Shown piece by piece: positions 1-12,130 of a stretch of 64,000 nucleotides of DNA; the stretch's first letter is position 1; each line of letters starts with the position of its first letter. A program made the translations under genes and the position numbers. The DNA comes from Eledone cirrhosa (taxonomy: Eukaryota), in contig OZ024742.1 of assembly GCA_964016885.1 (NCBI GenBank), forward strand, positions 176,762,001 through 176,826,000. Reading direction: 5' to 3'. The notes under the pieces were generated by a model. It was given only the letters and a program-made list of their open reading frames with translations. It was not told where the DNA came from and ran no database searches.

Positions 1-1408
1 AATAAAAATTTCTCTGCATGAAAAAAGCACCCGGAGCTTGATCGTTTAAGTAAAAAATTTTAATTGGGAACAAAATAATCATTAAGAAGCTGTCTCTCTG
101 GAGCCAAGTTAGGAGACAAGAATTTAGTTTCACTGTCTATATTATTCACTGCTGCTGCATTGCAGAATATGTAGAGCTGGTGTATTGAGGAAATAATTAA
201 ATCCATTGAAGTTATGTCTATGTTCTGAGTTCAAATCTCCCCGAATTTAGCTGCTTTTGATTTTTCGGTAATCAACAAAATCCAAAGGGGCTGATCGTCA
301 GTAAGGAAATAATGTTTACTTTAATATATCCATTACTGATACGATCTGCCGGCCGCAACTGACGAAATACTATCTGAGGAAAGGAGCCAGGTGTCTTCGT
401 TAGATCGAACCAAGATAATACTGTTTTTATTGGTCTTTCCATTGGTTGCAATATCTTCAAATCGAAACTCCTCGTACAAGGAAACGGGATTTGAGCTGAG
501 AATTCACGGAACTTGATCAGATTCCGCAAAGCATCTGACTCTTTAACAATCAATCGCTTCTAGAAAGATACTTTATTTAGCGATCCAAACTTATGAAAGA
601 TAATGTTATTTTTGGTATATGATCCGAATCTGTGCCTTTCTTCCCCACATCATGCCTTCTTCTGTCATGAGTTTCGACTGATAGGCAGTATCAGAAATGA
701 AAAAAACATTGGCAACTTTGTTTCCTTGGTCCCATCGGCGATTTTATTTTGTGTCGCATGAAACAGATAGAGATTCCTTAGTTCAGCGTATGATAAATGA
801 ATGGTTCTGTTCTTGTTACAGTCTCTGTAGTGTGTGCTTAATTCTGAAACGGCTCAATCTGTCGAGATGTAAACAGTTAACATCGAATAGCATAAACATG
901 TGCTCTTTCTAAGCATAACAAACACTCTAAATCAATGAATGATTTGTAGTGTGGTTTCCAACTATTCATGTGAATTTATTTTCCCAAAATGTAGTCTCCA
1001 GACAGTTGAATTACTCTGGATGTTCCGCCGCAGAAATATCAAACTCATCATATATGTACCATTGTTTCTATCTCATTAAAGATTGCCCCCCCCCCCTTGA
1101 TCTCTCAACATTATAAAACCTGGTGGAGCTCATCTCCTCTGCAAGATTGAACACAGTGGATTTCCTCCAAAGAAGGATAAAGAGTTTGTGAAACTAAGTG
1201 AGAAAAAGATATTCTAAAAACCATCCCCAGTATCAGAATGGTAGATTTATATAGATCTCGAAATTTTGAAAAGCAAAGTTGACTTTGTCTAGATTGACTC
1301 TGTCAATTTGCCGCCTATATAAAACATTTTAATAAAAAAAAATGTATATCTCTATATAACTCTCTCTTTCCCACTCTCCCCCTCTCTCTCCCTTTCTCTT
1401 TCTCTGTC

Positions 1409-1482
<74 letters not shown>

Positions 1483-1752
1483 ATTTCTCATCAAAGTGGG
1501 ATATATAATCTACCTTCATATATTAGCGTTTTGACACCTCGGTCACGGAGGATTACAATTAACTATGTTTAAAATATCATTTTAGCGGTTAAAACCGTGA
1601 TAGATGATAGCTCGTAAGTACTTTTAGTACTAAACTTTATTTTTCTCTGAGCCCATTACGTTACATTAGTGCGTATAAATTTTACTGAACCATTGGGTTC
1701 ATTTAAGAATCTTTAGGGAACTTTGTCAGACGGAATCTATGAAGAAGCCATT

Positions 1753-1922
1753 CGGTGAATTGGCAGTATCGGTAAAGGGTCGGACATGCTTTCCAGCATA
1801 GTTACGTCCCTTTATGATCTGAGTTCAAATCCCGCCGAGGTTAACTTTGCCTTTCATCGATAAAATAAAGTACCAGTAATGTATGGGTAATAGCTGGCCT
1901 TGTGCCAAAACTAGAAACAATT
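1753..1922 (+). mobile_element. tRNA-derived SINE (family S1; central domain resembles the Meta domain)
   Basis: Head CGGTGAATTGGCAGTATCGG (A-box-like), GAGTTCAAATCCC (B-box-like), central GCCTTTCATC..GATAAAATAAAGTACCAG, tail ending TAGAAACAATT. About 10 further copies in the window. Confidence 0.85.
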
Positions 1923-2285
1923 AGGATTAACTGCAACTGATCATCGGTTTTTTTATATTTAATCTATTGTCTGCTTTAGCAACACCACTCAGGCACCTGC
2001 CAAGAGTTTTTACAGCTCCTTTGTGCACCATATTTTGGAAGCATCGTGAAATGTTTATGGGCACCACTCTTCCTCCACACAAGCAATAACGCCAAAGCAG
2101 AAGTGAATATATCCAAATACATAAACTATTGAACAACCACTCAAGCTCATCTGCACCGATAGAAATAATAACGAAATATCCTCCGAAATCTCCGCATTCC
2201 AGCTTGGGAAATTAACTCTTTCAATACCGAACATCCAGAAACCGCCTCAGCTTTTTTGACACAAAATTGTGTCTTTTAAAATGTT

Positions 2286-2500
2286 TACGAGGGTAGGGTG
2301 AAAAGTTCTTACGCTGACTACAATCGATTTATGCTAAAAATGTGAAATCTTGCATGCATTAATTTCAACTCTTTCTAAAAACTGAATTGTGTCTTTCTAA
2401 GGACTATGTTGTAAAATAAACCTTATTTGATCATGCCATGAGAATATCTTGGTAAGGCTATGAACGTTTCAGCCTAAGAAATTTTCAGCCGACCCTTATA
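2286..2500. mobile_element. Tc1/mariner-type MITE
   Basis: Imperfect TIRs TACGAGGGTAGGGTGAAAAGTT ... AATTTTCAGCCGACCCTTATA, with TA at both ends and no ORF. Confidence 0.65.
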
Positions 2501-3054
2501 TGTGTATCTAAATAACGTGCTCTGATGTTGGGATTGAATAGTGTTTAGGATTCCCCAGTTCAGCAACCACTACGTTAAAGAAAATTGATTGTTACAACAA
2601 TAAAGGCTGAAAAGAGAACACATTTGTTAACAACCTTTACAATAATTTGTACAACCATAATGGAAATTCCAAGTAACTGGAAATACATAAATTACATTGT
2701 TAGAGCCTCTGAGTATACAATATTTTTTGTTCGGCCCTCGGGAGAAAAGATGAAGATATTGTTTGCTGAGCTCACCCTAGAGCATCCTACATAAAATTGA
2801 CCATGGGAGAAGTATGGTTTTCCCAGATGAAGGCCAGCCCCTTTTAGGCTTTGTTCATGGTAATCGCTAAGCTTAGTCTCTCTGTTGCTCTAGTAACATT
2901 TTTTTCTTCTGGAAAATGGGATTTTGCGGCCAGGCTGGGACTTTTTGGGTGGCATATTGGCAGTAACAATTACGATAAACCGTCTGAGCTTTCGTGAAAT
3001 AAATACGTTTGTTTATATTCGTTTTTGTGTATGCAAAAATATCTGTACACGAAT

Positions 3055-3220
3055 ATATATATTAAAATAACATATTAATGTTTCAGCAAAGAATCGCTGC
3101 TTTCACTCTTAACGGGATCTTCTGCAACAAAAAAAATCAGTCTGTGAACGCAGAAGTAAATATTTCGAAAAACGTTGCAACCGAAGGACAACCGGAAGAC
3201 GATGATTTGGTTCCTGAAGA
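3055..3220 (-). mobile_element. Solo PLE pseudo-LTR fragment (family A) with variant HHR at 3079-3129
   Basis: Reverse complement of 36385-36590 and 20947-21150. Confidence 0.75.
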
Positions 3221-3523
3221 CAGACAGATATTATAAGGGCGCGACGTTATAGCTATGTATCTATCTAAAAAGACAGACTAAGAAAGAGAGGGGAATGTCG
3301 TATAACTGGAAGTGTTGACATTTACAAATTTTAAAGAAGTGAATATTTAAATAAACGATAAAATATCTTTAATCTTTTGACGAAATTTAGAAGACAAAAA
3401 TACGCCCACTTTCTTACTTGGAAAAAGTTACATCTATGGTGCAAATCTGGTGTTGTTTGGTCTAGCCGTTTGGCGAAATGTTTGTTACATAGATACGGCC
3501 GTCTGCTTTATAATATAGATATA

Positions 3524-3574
<51 letters not shown>

Positions 3575-3663
3575 GGAAACAATGAAACGAAATTTCATTT
3601 CCCACTCTTAGTACGGCTGTTACTTAAATATATATATATATATATATATTATGCATACATATG

Positions 3664-3710
<47 letters not shown>

Positions 3711-3730
3711 TACACACACATACACACAAA

Positions 3731-3819
<89 letters not shown>

Positions 3820-4141
3820 CAATTTGAAAGCACACACGCACACACATCATTATGTAGTTGATGTAACACATAGGTTGGTATATATTTTATATCAGATCAG
3901 CTATAAAACTTATCTGATAACGGAACGTTATATATTGTGTGAATTGTTAAAACGTATAGTTGAATAGTTAAGGTTTTCGGTTAAGGATCGGAAGCGGGGG
4001 AGTTCCATTCTCACTGACATGTTATGCTATTGCTGGTATACATTTTCAAGCAACGTGAAATGAAATGTTTTGCTCAAGAGCCTACAACTTTATCATCATA
4101 AGACCAACACCCTTACCCCAGGACATGTTCCTCCGCCAACC

Positions 4142-4175
<34 letters not shown>

Positions 4176-4176
<1 letters not shown>

Positions 4177-4360
4177 ATTGTTTCTACTTTAGGCACAAGG
4201 CCAGCAATTACCCAGTGCATTACTGGTACTTTATTTTATCGACGTCGTAAGGATGAAAGGCAAAGTCAATCTCGGCGAGATTTGAACTCAGATCGTAAAG
4301 GGACGTAACTATGCTGGAAAGCATAGCGTCCGACCCTCTACCGATACTGCCAATCCACCA
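4176..4360 (-). mobile_element. SINE S1, near full length
   Basis: Reverse complement of 1753-1922; the tail abuts (TA)n. Confidence 0.9.
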
Positions 4361-4407
4361 TAATGACGAAACATAAGTCAATTGCATGAACACATAATCC
4401 TTTATTT

Positions 4408-4463
4408 ACTGCTATATATATTTCGATTATAGCTATTGAATGGCTATGACCCCATCAGGCACT
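4408..4463 (-). ncRNA. Type-I hammerhead ribozyme motif (family D, copy 1) within a ~165-bp dispersed repeat (4362-4528)
   Basis: Minus strand reads gtgc CTGATGG ggtc-atagccattcaatagctat-aatc GAAA t-atat-a TA gcag. The second copy at 44030-44085 has TTGATGA, so the consensus is CTGATGA. Confidence 0.65.
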
Positions 4464-4546
4464 TAGTCAGTTCTTAGATACGCCAGCTCTGTGTTTATAG
4501 TGTTGATGGTATCAGAGCCTTGGGACATATATATATATATATGTGC

Positions 4547-4599
<53 letters not shown>

Positions 4600-5277
4600 T
4601 ATCTCTCTTTCTCTCTCTCTATACATACATGTACACACACACATATATGTACTTAGGTGATTGCGTCACTCAGTGAAATGTATATTTTATGTGAACCTGG
4701 TGGTTTGGCATCTAATTAGGAGTATGCTATGCTAAACCTCTAAACACCTGATGCCGTATTCTCTAAATTGTCCAATATCTTCGACAGTAAAATAAAATCA
4801 TGTAGTGTAATATGGCAGACATACCAATTAGTAATTTATATGATCAATACCCGATTGATTTTTCCTTACAGTAGTTGCACCGCTTGTTAATTTTTTATTC
4901 AACAATAAACGAAGAATTCGATATTTGAATATCTTAGCTGAAAATAGAAAAAAATTGTAAATAATAAATAAATTCAAAAAATAGCTATAAATATAAATAA
5001 ATTTAAATTAAACGAAATAAAATATAATATATATCAAATAAAATGGTGTCTGGATGAAAAACTAGAAACATATTTGGCAATATCAATCGATTTAACTATT
5101 ACGTATAACTCGACATAACTGAAAGTCGCCGTTTGTATTTAGGCAGTAGACTGGATAGTGAGTTTATTGAGTTAGAATCGAACACTTGATGAAGCTAATG
5201 GATGTCTGACTTGTACATATTTGTATACATACAAACCTATATATACATATATATATATTTATACACGTCATATATGA

Positions 5278-5343
<66 letters not shown>

Positions 5344-5719
5344 ACGTGTGTGTATCTGTATGTTCCTTTGTGTATTTTTGTGTGAAAATATTAAAACTTT
5401 AGAAGTTTCTTTACAAATCATGTGTTATAGGAGAATAGGGTTTAGAAAATGTAACGACTGACCTTTTGATAATTTGAAAAGTTCCTGTATTAGTGTGCAA
5501 AATAATTTGATGATTATTTATATATTTTTGTTTACTTTTACCGATTTCAACTTCATTTACAGTATTTTTAAAAAGATTATCTTTATCGTCTTCCGAAACA
5601 GGTTTTTCGTTTATGTTTTTATGTTTATCACACCTGCTTGGCCGCTTATGCCCTTGCTGTATACAAGGGATGCAACTGGTTTTATCTTCGTCCCTTACAT
5701 TGAGGAGAACATTTTTTAA

Positions 5720-6800
5720 TAAAAGAAAAAATTATGTATGTAAAAAATTGAATTTTCCTTATTAATACGTTTTCCCTGGGTTGAATTTTTCACTTCACTG
5801 TTAGAATGTAGAAACATCGATACTTGGCAAAATTCGTTCTCCACATTCCTCTATATTTTTGCTTAGAGGTATTTTTCTGGTGTGTGTGTCCCTTATTTGT
5901 TGACGGTGAATTGTCATTCGTCTTCGGAGGGAAGTGCCTGTTTGTCCAATATAAAGTTCGTTGCAGCCTTTATATTTTATAATGTGTTTCTCCGAGTTGC
6001 AAGAGAAGTCATTTTTAATTTCAAAGCCGGGACCGTCTTTCAAATAAAGTTATTGCCCTCTAAGAGATAGTTGTATACTCTGCAGTGAGGTTCATTGTAC
6101 CTTTTTACTTTAGGTAACGGTTTTCAGTTTTGCATTCGTTAGTATCTTGTTTTAGTGACTTTGGTTGTCGTTTACTCTTTACGATTGTTTTTGTAAGATG
6201 TTTCTTATTTGCGTCGTTTAGTAAGGTAGGTACATTTAGTCGTAAGTGTGTGTATATCTCTGTTCTTTGGATCGAAAGTTCAAATGTATGGTCTGACCTT
6301 TTATACTGTTTTGTTTTTGTTTCTCGTCGTGTTTGGATATTTATTTAACTTGCATTTTGGATACTATTGTTAATTCAATTACGAAGATATTTTATCTTGA
6401 TAAGTATTTGTTGATCTCTTCTAGTTTGTGGTCTCTGGAAGTTGGGTTTGAAACTAGTGGCTAAAGTTACAAGAGATGTCGGTATGGGTGTGTGATGGAT
6501 GAGAAGATGTAAAAAGGAGGGATTGTGGTAAGTCAGAAGGTTTGAAATATAGATCAGAAATATATGTTTTCTGTATCTTGTTATTAGAATATCTAAAAAT
6601 GGAAGTTTCGTATTGCTAAAGCCCATAGTAAATTGGATACTCTGGTTGATATCATTGATGAGGGTTTGAAGTTTCTTAAGTTGGTAAAAAATCCCCCTCC
6701 ACAATATGAAGCAGCTGTGCAGTTCTTCTAGTTTTTTTATGTAGTCCATCACACGTGCGGGACAAGTAACTAGTAATTTTTCTATAATATGAGACATATA
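5720..6800 (-). mobile_element. Decayed Penelope-like element fragment (RT C-terminus plus GIY-YIG endonuclease), Neptune-like
   Basis: ORF pieces 'IQFTMGFSNTKLPFLDILI' and 'FSCNSEKHIIKYKGCNELYIGQTGTSLRRRMTIHRQQI'; similar to the element at 22826-26050. Confidence 0.85.
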
Positions 6801-7089
6801 TATAAACCCAAACTTACCTATAAAGGAAATAGTTGTCTTTAGATGATAATTACTAAAATCGATAATTTGTGATTAATACTACTTACTAATTTCGATGATA
6901 TGCGACTTTGTTTCCAGTTCATGAACCTCTTTTCATGAGAAACATAATCGATATATATTTTTTTTATGCATCGATCAAATTTAGTATATTTCTATATATA
7001 TATGAATGAATGTATAGTATATTTGATAATATACTGTATGTTTGTTTAAAAACATTTTGAAGACCATTCGCTATGAGTTTTAAAGTAGT

Positions 7090-7166
<77 letters not shown>

Positions 7167-7254
7167 TATATATATACATACACATATATATATATATATA
7201 TATATGGATGCATATGTGTGTTTGTCTGTGTTTGCGTGTATACTCTAGGGGATT

Positions 7255-7380
7255 TTGTACTGTTTCCTCTATACAAAATTGCTTAAGCTGTAGTTATAGT
7301 TCAAGACACTTGCCCTAGGTATCTTGCAGTGAAATTGAAGCCGAAAGAACGCAGTTGCGAAGCTACATCCTTACCGACCC
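7255..7380 (-). mobile_element. Old SINE fragment (family S2)
   Basis: Motif AAGACACTTGCCCTAGG..GCAGTGAAATTGAA. Related fragments lie near 10970-11090, 20200-20275, 53970-54290 and 63860-63985. Confidence 0.55.
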
Positions 7381-8395
7381 ACCCGTTCAAATAATGTATG
7401 TATCCTTGCTGTATAATGCGTGGCTAATAGAATGCAGTTTCATACACAAATGATATGAAATATTCCCCTGACGAGATATAAACCAAGAACTTTTTAACTT
7501 AAAGATGCAAAACTAAATGTTACTGGAAACTGCGAATATAAACATTAAAGATTATGTAAATTTACGTTTTCGAGACAATTTGCATATTGAAATAATATCA
7601 GCAATATATTTCATTTGTAATTAACGTATGTATAATGGTTTGTCTAGATCAGATTCATAATATCTTTTTCTGTATTGTTCTTTTTTATATATATCTGTCT
7701 ATGTTTGTGAAGGTTAGATACTTAAACGTACGTCCGTAATAAATTGGGTTCGAATGCCCTGCTTGGTTTTATTTTTTTCTTGAGTAAATCCCTTTATTTC
7801 ACATTGACTGGACAATGAATAATGGCAGTAATAGGGGATTATGTCTGCGATGTATTAACGTCGTCTTTAGAACATAATTCTTGTAATGTCAATATAAATG
7901 AATAAAACAAAATGCATATACTGTGATTTAGTCATTTAGAGGGATACTGTCCTAGCAATTACTTGAAGTTTCATAGATAAGTGCTTGTCTTTTGTATTTA
8001 ATTACAATCTGAAATGTAAGTCGTAGTTATTTCGTTGATTTCTTGTGTTTGAACCAACATCATATACATTCGCCTTCGTAGCGTGCAACTTAATATATAT
8101 AGGAATGAAATACCAGCTTCAGCACTAATTATATGCAAATTAGTATGTCAGTTTAAGTATACTACTAAAAGTGATCGGGTATATAAGCACCGTGGTAACC
8201 GTTTTACTTGTGGTTATTCAGATGACAAATGAACATACTAAAGAGTAACGCCACTAGGTTTTAAAATAGATTCATGGTATTTACCCTGATTCCAGTATAT
8301 AGAGAAATACCTACATTTGGAATGTTTATATGTCTATAAGTTTGTGTAAATGTATATATACGTTTGTTTAGTTTCAGTTACATCTACATCTATTC

Positions 8396-8427
<32 letters not shown>

Positions 8428-9449
8428 AACGTATGTTATTACTCTAAGGGTTTACCTTATTGAGTGCTTTGCTACTCATTTCTAATTGTAGGTCGAATTT
8501 GCTTGGCCGCAGCCAAAGCTTCGATTTTACTAAGATTACACTTGTATTATTATCTCCTAGACCTAATAATTCATTAATTCATTTTATTAGACAATTCTGT
8601 TGATTGGTTAATTATTTATGTTTGTTTAATAACGTCTAGTCGAGAGAGCTTTTATTCGGAATGTTGAGCGGAATTATTTTACTTTGTTAACACTTTGAAT
8701 TTGCCCTCCAAAAATCGGGGTTACTTCCCTTGTGGAAATAACACGTGACAACGAAAGACTGAATGCTGTCTATTGTAGCAGTCGTCCTGAGGCATAGGCA
8801 TAGAACATACACCGGCTTGAGGCATAGAACAAAATACATGCCGATGACGTGAATCCCCTGTATTGACTTGTGGGCGAAATTGGATAAACGGAAACTGTTG
8901 GAAGCCCCCTCGGATGTATTGTATATGAAATTCAAAGAGCCAACTTTGTCACTCACCGTGTCAAGATGAATGCCATAGAAAATTACGCTGTGAAATGTTT
9001 GGGTATTTACTCTTAAATTTCATGAGCAGGCTGTTTCCTTTCATTGAACTGGGATTGATGAAATCTAGGGAGGCCCCATTTTACTCGTTACATCAATTTT
9101 CTTTTGAGTTATATATAATACTTCTCATGTTCTCCTTTGTCTTTTTATTTGACTTTATAACCTGTGTATACATTTCTATCTGTTTTGGAAAACATTCAAG
9201 TTATACCAAACATTTAAACAAAAAATAATATAAAATGCCTATATCTTTTTAGGTATAAACAACAAAAAAGAAAGAAAATATAACATATAGGAGAGTAGCC
9301 TAAAAGAATTATATTCATTAAATATTAACAATGGAGTGAGATTTACATTACACTGCTGTCTGTTTACCGGAAGTTTATTACGATCATCAAACAACAAACA
9401 CTAAACCACATTTGGGAAATAATTGAATAATATATGTATGCATATATAT

Positions 9450-9600
<151 letters not shown>

Positions 9601-11112
9601 CATACAAATATATATACATACATACATATGTCTCTGTGTCTGTGTTTTCTTTTATGTGAGTGTGTGTATGTGTGAGGATGTATACATACCTACGGACGTA
9701 CATATCTCTGTTCATAAGTCACTATTTTACATTATAAACACACATCTAACCATTTTCTGCAGTGCAATAACACATTGCGATAACATTTTACATAAAATGG
9801 AAAATATGGAAAGGAAAAGTACTGCATACTGTTCCATCCACCTCTGATATTGAAAACTGGAGCTGTGGTGTCTGTATTGTTAAAGTTTTAAGTGTAGATA
9901 TTCTCCTAATTCAAGAATGTTTCTATATTCTCTGAATTGCATCCTATATAATTCATCTTATTTGCATCCTATAATTTTACCTTATTGTCTTTAATTTAGA
10001 TTCACATCTTTGAATCTAATCAATCTGGAATTGAACGTTCTCTGATTGTTATGCTCTCGTTGATCTCATCTTGAGAACGTGGAAACTAAAAGCAATTGTC
10101 TCCAAAATCCAATTTCCTTTTGCTACTGTCAGTGTAATTTAATTTTTGGCAAATTGTAGAAACCCTATCAGGAACTAATCCCTTGGTTTAGCAAGGTGTT
10201 TGACATTCTCAGCTTTGTTTTTGTCTCTAGTAAATACGAAACGCTAGATGTGTAATTTAGCATATATAACGACTTGTCAGATGACGACTAGAATCTACAG
10301 AACGATGCTTCAACATCACAAACAAGTAAATGTGACAGAAAAAATATAAAAAATGCCTTATTAGAAAGCAAGAGGTGACTTGATTTTATAAGGAAATTGC
10401 ATAATAAACAAACACGCCCGTTGTTCAAGTCTAAGAACAAATCACAGTGAAGTATTCCAGAAGAGAAAGACATTTATTGGAATCAGAGGTGTGCCAAAAT
10501 TGCTAAATACGAATATAAATAATGAAATTGAAAAGAGTTATGTTGAATACAAAAAATAATAGTTTACAGGAAAAGAAATGCTGTTTTGTTATGTTTGAGA
10601 GGGTCATGTTGTCAATAAAAGAGAGACGCACCAGTGACTTTGTCTTTTGTCTTTATTATTAAGCAGGTAATTAATCCGTTCTTCGTTTGATTTAACAGCA
10701 AGATGGATTTTTATTTGTCTTTCGTCACAGATTCTGTACCACACTATGTTGGTCCTGTGTGTTTCTTCTTCGTTTCAATTGTATTTTGCATTCTTTTATT
10801 CCAAGCTACGTCTATGCTGGAGCATCATCATCAAGGGATTTAGTTGACTGTATCGCCCACAATACTTAAATTTGTCACATCTAGTATTTACTTTATCTAC
10901 CTATTTTCATCGAACTTCACATGCTGTCATATAGAAACATATATATACCTAAACACCGAGCTTCCACATAGTTTTCACCTACTAAGTTTCACTCACAAGC
11001 CATTTGTAACTACGACGCTATAGTGGAAGATATTTGCTTAAGAGGCGACACGGTGTAACTGAAACCACAACCACGAAGTTGTGAAGTGACTGTCTGAATA
11101 CTCGAAATATAA

Positions 11113-11146
11113 CAATGCCCAATGCCCAATGCCCAATGCCCAATGC
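11113..11146. repeat. (AATGCCC)n heptamer microsatellite
   Basis: About 4.7 direct copies of AATGCCC. Confidence 0.9.
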
Positions 11147-11855
11147 GGAAATGCTTTTGCGGTCTTGTACGCGGGCGCAGCCTCTTTACCGCCGTACGCT
11201 AGCCCCAGAGCCGAATCATCTCTCTTTCCCCTCCCCATTCCTCTGTGACACTAGAGTCCTTGCTATTCCCGCCTTTTCTGTTTTTTTCTTTATATTTTCC
11301 TATTATACATTCCATTCTTCTCAATCTAAATTTTCTTTCTTTCTTTTTCTTTTAAACTGTATTTACATGACATATTCCATAAATAATATTACCCATATAT
11401 TAAGCTTATTGGTTATTTATATCCGAAGGATCATTGGCTGGTAGAAACTGTTACCTGATTTAACACCACCGAGTGTTCCTTACGTGCCATCACCGGAGTG
11501 TATGTGCTGCAGCGTTTGTTTCAGGTTTTCTGTTCGATGTGCCAAGTGGCACATTGAACAGAAAGCGTTTCCACTTCACATCATGTAAACCTTTTCTGTT
11601 ATAGTGCTATGCATCCTATTCAACGTATAAGTTACCATCATAAAATATTGGTCTGAAATATTTCGAACATTGGTTATATTGCTATGGGACTTCATTTTAA
11701 AACATCTTTTTAAAGTTTTCGCCGTGTTTTATTCACCATTGAAAAACAAAAGATGTGAAAGCGTGTGGTGTTTTATGAAATAAAAAAAATAAACAAATGA
11801 CGAAACATCCTTTAAAATCTAAAATTCTTTTTCTTTACCAAATACTTTTTAAATG

Positions 11856-11906
<51 letters not shown>

Positions 11907-12047
11907 ACACCCACACACACATCTATATACATAAACGGCAATTTCTGTCCGTTTGTTTATGGATTTGTTTGTGAACCTAAAACTAAAAAAATACCAAAGC
12001 AAAAATACTTTTGCCGTACTTATTATATTTACAATAATAATAATAAT

Positions 12048-12130
12048 AATTGTTTCTACTTTAGGCACAAGGCCAGCAATTACCCAGTGCATTACTGGTA
12101 CTTTATTTTATCGACCCCGTAAGGATGAAA
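12048..12130 (-). mobile_element. 5'-truncated SINE S1 abutting a LINE 3' tail
   Basis: SINE 3' half with an (ATT)n tail; it stops at GGATGAAA, where the LINE tail begins. Confidence 0.85.

Noticed and set aside
1-1250. Higher-complexity segment resembling decayed coding sequence
   Set aside because: The frames I translated have stops and show no recognisable motif.
1753-1830. tRNA gene
   Set aside because: The A/B boxes belong to a SINE head; there is no cloverleaf.
3377-3967. Long YIYI/HTHT/CVCV ORFs here and throughout the window (e.g. 31640-32170, 61232-61774)
   Set aside because: Translations of stop-free (TA)n/(CA)n microsatellites.
7460-7540. CTGACGA...GAAAC flanked by atattc/gaatat
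   Set aside because: No convincing stem II and no NUH triplet or stem III.
9360-9400. Degenerate hammerhead-like strings at 9360-9400(-) and 39660-39690(-)
   Set aside because: Each needs two or more core corrections; single copies give no covariation support.
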